Origin: Eledone cirrhosa
Lineage: Eukaryota
DNA length: 64,000 bases
Direction of reading: 5' to 3'
Assembly (NCBI GenBank): GCA_964016885.1
Contig: OZ024741.1
Span: 181,660,001-181,724,000 of the forward strand
Part shown: one piece after another, positions 56,961-64,000 of the stretch
How the letters are laid out: each line of letters opens with the position of its first letter
Position numbering within the stretch: position 1 is the first letter of the stretch
The notes under the pieces: model-generated
Databases searched by the model: none
Told to the model about the DNA's origin: nothing
What the model saw: the letters and a program-made list of their open reading frames with translations, nothing else
Program-made: the position numbers and the translations under genes

Positions 56961-57492
56961 TTTAATTTTTAATTTTAACATTATTTTTATTTTTATTTTT
57001 TATTTTCAATTCTATTTATATTTTTATTTTAAGTCTATTCTTATTTTTAAGTCTATTCTGATTTATCTATTAAACCCCCCTTCTCCCCCCCCCCATGCAC
57101 GCATAAACTTATTGTCAACCCCCCTAGATTGAATATGATTATATTAAACCCCCCCCACTCTTTTATGCTCTGTTCTATTATTTATTGTAGTATATCGAAT
57201 ATATTATAATTTATTATGGTATATCGAATTATTATAGTATATCGAATTTATTTATAACTATAGTATATTTAATTTTTAATTTTAACATTATTTTTATTTT
57301 TATTTTTATTTTTAATTCTATTTATATTTTTATCTCTAAGTCTATTCTGATTTATCTATTATACCCCCCCCCTTCTTCCCCCCCATGCATGCATAAACTT
57401 ATTGTCAACCCCTCTAGATTAAATATGATTATATTAACCCCCCCACTCTTTTATGCTCTGTTCTATTATTTATTATAGTATATCGAATATAT
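56961..57492. repeat. About 300-bp tandem duplication in PLE 3'UTR
   Basis: 56961-57200 recurs at 57268-57492. Confidence 0.8.
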
Positions 57493-58888
57493 TTTATGCT
57501 ACTTCGCACCCTCCATATATTTCATCAATTCTGTCCCCATTAGCTTACCTTAACTTTACTTAAGTCAGTTTTTTAGATATCGTTGCGTGTATAATTTTAT
57601 TCCTTTTTGTAAACATTTGTAACGATATATTACAGTTTATATATTTTAATGACTGAGACTATAGCTAATTTTATATTACCTTATCGGACGGGTTTGATAT
57701 TTTTAATATTAATTTATCATATAGGGTTGGGAGTCATTTAAAATGATCGTTTTCCTGGGTGCTTACCAAATTTCTTAATGCACGCGGGACTTAAGTGTGT
57801 TTACATTTGCCTTGTTTTGTAATTTCCGGTTGATTGGTTTTATTTACCACTCACTGTCTGGCTTTGCTCATCCACATATGTCTGTCTACTAACCTTGAAA
57901 TTATAAGTATTTATTTATATATATTATATGCCTATTTTTAAGATATATTACATTATGATATAGATCCTTATTACTTACCGTTTATTATATATAACATTAA
58001 GATACTTAAACTTTATATTTTTTAATATCTTAATATTTTAATATCTTAATATTTTAATATGGTAGTATGTAACACTACGGTATTTAGACTTTACATATCA
58101 TGTTAGATGTCTATATATTTTTTCTGTAACAACATATTTTTTCTGTAACATCATAATTGTTCCCTGTACCAATATAGTTTTTTTGAGTATTATTGTATTA
58201 TTGTATTATATTATATGATTGATATTTCCCCATTTATCATGTAACCCAATATGAACCATGTTGTACATATGGTAATTGTTAATATAATGTTCACTGTGAC
58301 ATCTATATTGTTTCTGTAAATTAACCGGAAATTATATATATTCTTATTTTATATATATTCTACTTTATTATATTGTATTATATTATATAATTTTGTTGTT
58401 TATTATTTATTATAAGTGTTTCTTGTAATTATTGCCCCATGTATATTGGGTAGATATATTAGCATTATTTTCACTATTACCATGTTTATTTTTAATATTT
58501 TTGAGGCTTAATTTCTGTGTAATAGAAAATAGATATGTGTATTGTAATGTGTGTGTGTGTGTGTGTGCGCACATATATACATGTATATATCGCACCTTTT
58601 GATTTTTGATTTGGAATTTCAGTGTTGGTATAGATATATTATTATTAGAATGTATTATACTGTGTTATATATAATTCCTGTTCTATATAACCAAATTTGT
58701 TTAGATTTAAGTTGGTGACTTTGGACCATATTTGTAATATGGTTCTTAATGTCATCTACATCCTTAGTTATTATAGTTTTATCCTCATTTTTATAATCCT
58801 ATATCCTTGTAAGACATTAGTATATGTAAACCCCATATTCTTCAGAGTTTCTGGCTTGTATCTGCCGAAATTACTTCTTGTTGTTTTG

Positions 58889-58933
58889 ATTGCCCTGATG
58901 AGTCCTTAATAGGACGAAACATTGTCGGCTAAT
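58889..58933 (+). ncRNA. Canonical minimal hammerhead ribozyme
   Basis: attgcc CTGATGA gtcc-ttaata-ggac GAAA cattg TC ggctaat, followed by AATAAA. Confidence 0.9.
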
Positions 58934-58977
58934 AAAAACTTTTGATGTATTAAAGGATTCTTTGTTTTACTCTCTTA

Positions 58978-59009
<32 letters not shown>

Positions 59010-59163
59010 TTGTACGTGTGTGTGGGTGAGTGGGATTGGGGTGTGTATGTATGTATACATACACATATTTGTGATTTGCATCATTTTCCGTGTATTCAAC
59101 GACCTGATCATGATATCACTTGCTACTGACATAGCTTCATAGCATTATATAATTTTATACACA

Positions 59164-59201
<38 letters not shown>

Positions 59202-60298
59202 TATATATATATAAATATTTCACGTCTATTATACTGTTTCCATTATTAAGAATGAAAGCTATTGCAAATTAGATTAACTAAATGGTGCAGTGATATATGA
59301 ATCGCATCGCGTTGAATACTTAATCATGAATTTCGAGTCCATTAAGGGAATGCCATCGAAATTTCACAAGTAATTTAGAAATGGTCGAGGCTGCTGATGA
59401 GCGAATCTTCGTGTGATATTTCTTTACCGATGTTAAATAACACATATGTTTATTAAAACTATATTTTTAACACTATACTTCATCACGCTCTATCGTGTAT
59501 TCTAAACGCATCTTTATATTTTAAAATTTTATTTTGAGATAATCTTCGGTATCTTATCGATTCATTTAATAAAATATTCATTTATTTAATTATCCTGCCT
59601 GCAACCGATACAGGCGAAACCTCAATTTTATTTTCGATTATCTCAACACCTTAGCAAAGAATTGTTATCTCGTTTTTCTCATTTTTGATGTAAATTGCCT
59701 TGTCAAATGGCAACATTCGAATTTCTACTAATGATTTCCAATCAAGAGACCAACATTTTTTTCCTTCAATCAATTTGAAGTTTGTAATTTCCATTAAAAC
59801 TGTGTGAAATCCCATTGTAATTCAATGTCAATTTCTTTCTATTTACTTAATTTTCTCGAGTTCAAGCTGGCACCAAGATCAAATCTTTTGCTTCTGATTG
59901 TAATTATTTTGCACGCAATTAATATCAGTAGATCTTTGAGTAATGCATGAATGTAGTTACCTAAGTGATGGATCCTGCGTCGATTTCGCTGATGAGCATT
60001 TAGCTGCTTGATTAACTGATTTTCCATTTCTCGAATTAAGTATTCCCCAGAAACATATACCATTAACACAATCCACAAGTCGTATCGGCATGGCATAATA
60101 TGTAGTAAGGCCGGACCTTTGAAATACAGGTACAATCCATCGGATAGGTTCCCACACTATTTCCGATTACCCAATTTCACTCACAAGGGTTTGATCCAGC
60201 TGAGGCTAATTTATAGACATTTGAATAAGATGCTACGAAGCGGGATAGAATCCAGTCATGCCTGCGTCAAAACATTTCACCGTATGCTAATTCCTCAC

Positions 60299-60390
<92 letters not shown>

Positions 60391-60664
60391 ATATCCAAAG
60401 GCATGGCATAAATTTCCAATCATTTTAATCACGACACATGTTTCAATAAGAGATAGATGGATCGTGTGGCCATGATCGATTATCACTGATCTCGTCAGGT
60501 GAAAATGAATTGTCTTCAAATCCTTGATATGAGGGAGAAAATTTAACGATGTCCACTCACTATATATATATATATATATATATAGAAAAAGAGTCAGGAC
60601 CCCGACGGGGGAGCTCCGGCCGTTTCTTTGTTTATACCCACACGCACACACGCATCCCCCCCCC

Positions 60665-60729
<65 letters not shown>

Positions 60730-60730
<1 letters not shown>

Positions 60731-61078
60731 CGGCTGTGATATCATGCCCATTAGAGATTAGGATATCGACAGAATTCTCCACGCTAGGAAGATCATCATG
60801 CTTTTTGAAAACTCCACTGCATAAAAAGGGCCCCAGACTCACCCTTCGATGTTAGTATGGCAGCTACTCCAGAAACTAATAGAAAGGTTTCCTGCTTTCG
60901 GAGGGGGCATGTATAGAGATGATGGGCTTGTAACTCTTACAGGATACAACCCCAGTAGTACGGACCGTGTTCGCAAACATCTCATCAAGTTCTTCCGGGG
61001 ATTAGGATTTAAGGTCACCTTACAGGCGTACCTCACCTGACGGAAGGTAACTCGTCTTGGACGGAAGGTGACTCTTTA
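60730..61078 (+). mobile_element. PLE RT fragment between TA tracts
   Basis: ERFPAFGGGMYRDDGLV...DRVRKHLIKFF. Confidence 0.65.
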
Positions 61079-61319
61079 TAATATATGTATATATATCGTA
61101 GGCCCCCATTGGTCACAAATGACCATGGTTTTACACCTAGAAAGCTTCCCTGGTCAAGGTGTCTTTGTGTAAGACAAACTGTTTCTAATGCATGCCAGCC
61201 TCCCTCTCCATTCCACGCCACCAATGTTGCCCAAGAGCCCATACAATTTGGCACCAGTGACGTCGCAGCGCATACATATTTATGTGTGTTGTAGCTCTCT
61301 CTCTTTCTCACTCTCGTCT

Positions 61320-61396
<77 letters not shown>

Positions 61397-61617
61397 AATC
61401 AGTGAAGAAAGGACCCTCAATATATAAACATAGGGGGAAATATGGTATAAAACACATGGCAAACTGGTATGTACCTTCCTAGGTACTTGGAGTTTCTCGA
61501 GGCAAGCTGATGTGATCGATCAATGCTTCGTTTGTCCGCCATTGAGAAGTGTATTATGTGTTTACGTGTGTACACGTGCATACAAATCAACATATGCATA
61601 CAAACCAATATATGCAT

Positions 61618-61711
<94 letters not shown>

Positions 61712-62343
61712 TGCAAAATGTGTGAAATCATTGGTACAGTTAGGCATATTTGAAAAAAAGGAAAATAATGACTTCACTTGTAGTTGATATTCTATAACAA
61801 TTTAATTTTATAATTTTGCTAGCAAAATTATAAAATTATAAAATAAAAAAATTGTAAAATTATGAAATTTTTACTGTTTAGTCAGGGAAAGTAGATAATA
61901 CTTTTGAAGGTCTTTGAGACTAGTGGGAGGAAGGAAGCTTTACCTAAACCCGAATGCCTGCAACATCATGGGCTTCATTACAGGTACCCAAGTGCTATAT
62001 AGTGAGGTTAATCGGGCATATATTAAACTTATCATTCAAGTATACCACAGAGGAATGTAAACTCAAAATGATAAGAGCCGGAACAAAAAACCGCATGGCT
62101 CTAACATCCGAGGCTCTAACAATTCCTGCAATACATTACCTTGAACTAGTACATTATTTCATCGACCTCAAATGAACGTAAGGCAAAGCTGATATTAGCA
62201 GGACTTGAATTCATAGTGTAGTGAGCAGAAAAATATAGCGTATGTTATTTTGTCTTTCATGGACATTGAACTATTGATTAAGTTGTCGGTCATTAAGCAG
62301 AGGCATACATCCTCCAGCCATACAGTCAATGTCATCCAGAGAA

Positions 62344-62415
<72 letters not shown>

Positions 62416-62421
<6 letters not shown>

Positions 62422-62673
62422 TTCATTATACATATTTATTTCATTATACATATTTCAAGGGCCAAAAGAGCAAACTATGGTGCGCTTTCATCAGATAAAA
62501 TATAATATAGGTTAGTTTTATAAATAAATATTGACATACCCTTAAAAAAGGCAACCATTCTGGTTGGAATCTCCTGATGAAAGCGCACCATAGTTTGCTC
62601 TGGTGGCCCTTGAAATATGTATAATGAAATAAATATGGTTTTATAAATATAGTTTCCATTTGTTAATATATTG
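62416..62673. mobile_element. Small inverted-terminal pLTR insertion in (TA)n
   Basis: Arms 62433-62494 / 62574-62636; TA tracts on both sides. Confidence 0.78.
62437..62502 (-). ncRNA. Hammerhead ribozyme (partial mirror at 62574-62631)
   Basis: Minus: tattttat CTGATGA aagcgcacca...tggccctt GAAA tatgta TA atgaaata. Confidence 0.7.
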
Positions 62674-62727
<54 letters not shown>

Positions 62728-62829
62728 GGGGAGAGAGAGAGAGAGGAGAGAGAGTGAGAGAGAGAGAGAGAAAGGACAGAGAGAGGGGAGAGAGAGTGTG
62801 AGAGAGTGTGAGGGAGAGTGTGAGGGAGA

Positions 62830-62920
<91 letters not shown>

Positions 62921-63454
62921 GCAATCAAGGGAAGAATCAATCCGAATACCGGATCTAGAAAGGATGAAAGATAAAACTTGATGGGATTTAAACTCAGAGT
63001 GTAGAGGCCAGGAATAGATACCGCAAAGCAAGCTACCCGTTCCAACGACTTTGTCAATTCTTCACATTGAAAACATTACTCTTCCGCTACTCTGTTGAGG
63101 CACGTTAGTCTTCCTACTTTAAATTCGATTCTAGATGAAAATATCCATTTACCAAACATAAAAATATTTTTGTTCAGATTCTAGATACTTCCAACACTTA
63201 CGTGAATGTGTTTTGAGAGTTTAGATGTTTTGTTTTTGTACATAAACAAATAATACATATTTATGGCCCACCATGGCATCGCCATCAGTGTTGACAGACG
63301 CATACATGTAAACACACACCCCCCCACACACACACGCACCCCCCCCACACATATATATATATATATGTATATACACGAGATTATTGCAGAAGACATATAC
63401 ATATACAAACCGGGAAATTCAGTGATAATCCGGAGTAAACTATTACTATTAATA

Positions 63455-63640
63455 ACATTGGCAGTATCAGTAGAGGGTCGGACGCCATGCTTTGACGCAT
63501 AGAGTTACGCCCCTTTCCATTCTGAGTTCAAACCCCGCCGAGGTTAACTTTGTCTTTCATCCTTACGGGGTCGATAAAATAAAGTACTAGTAATGCACTG
63601 GTGAATTGCTGGCCTTGTGCCAAAAGTAGAAACAATTAAT
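63455..63640 (+). mobile_element. tRNA-derived SINE
   Basis: A and B boxes and the same central domain as 45855-46010. Confidence 0.8.
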
Positions 63641-64000
63641 AACAAATATTATATTAACTCTATATACAATATATGAACCCTTCATTCAGTTCATGTTTAG
63701 CGGTCTTATTAACACAAAACGAGTATATGCATACGTACATACATACAATTGCGGACTGGGTCTAAAAATATTGGTTGCCAGGATGTGAGGGGGGGGGGCA
63801 CCTACATATATAATGCTATCATTTAATTTTTATAATGAATAAATAACATTTTCGAAAAATACATAAGTGGAAAAAAAAAACAAAACAGAGCAATCAAATT
63901 TTTACCTTCTCCAATAAAAAGTAATTTGTATTTTAGCGAAATCCAGAAACTTTCAATAATGACCAGAAGTGAACCCTAAATATTACTAATAGTTTTAGGA

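Larger units (their letters stand above)
54656..58977 (+). mobile_element. Penelope-like element, 5'-truncated, about 2.2-kb 3'UTR ending in an HHR-bearing pLTR
   Basis: Long uninterrupted ORF; HHR at 58889-58933; (TA)n on both sides. Confidence 0.92.

Noticed and set aside
59280-60060. Possible decayed transposase on the minus strand; CTGATGA at about 59396 and 59989
   Set aside because: Many stops and no diagnostic motif; the CTGATGA hits lack a matching GAAA and stems.

Overview
AT-rich eukaryotic (animal) DNA made almost entirely of microsatellites and transposable elements. No host protein-coding exon can be supported. The SINE types and microsatellite load resemble octopus/cephalopod DNA, but this is an unverified inference. 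Main content: (1) at least 8 Penelope-like retroelement (PLE; RT + C-terminal GIY-YIG) copies or fragments plus several non-coding terminal-repeat (pLTR) remnants, nearly all inside (TA)n tracts; (2) about a dozen hammerhead ribozyme (HHR) motifs read by eye, several with non-canonical cores (U3:A8, U4C, U4A); (3) repeated fold-back or inverted-terminal PLE insertions in which both outer ends are 3' ends, including two almost perfect 260-330 bp palindromes with an HHR on each strand; (4) R4/Dong-type RLE retrotransposons tailing into (TAA)n and (CATA)n, one with an intact 1043-aa ORF; (5) a near full-length RTE LINE with three C-terminal C2H2 fingers; (6) tRNA-SINEs, a structured non-tRNA SINE-like family, CRE fragments, Helitron-like and hAT MITEs; (7) a 21.8-kb nested stack of insertions inside one hAT MITE that itself splits an RTE tail. 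All calls are by-eye motif and base-pairing reads; no searches were run.
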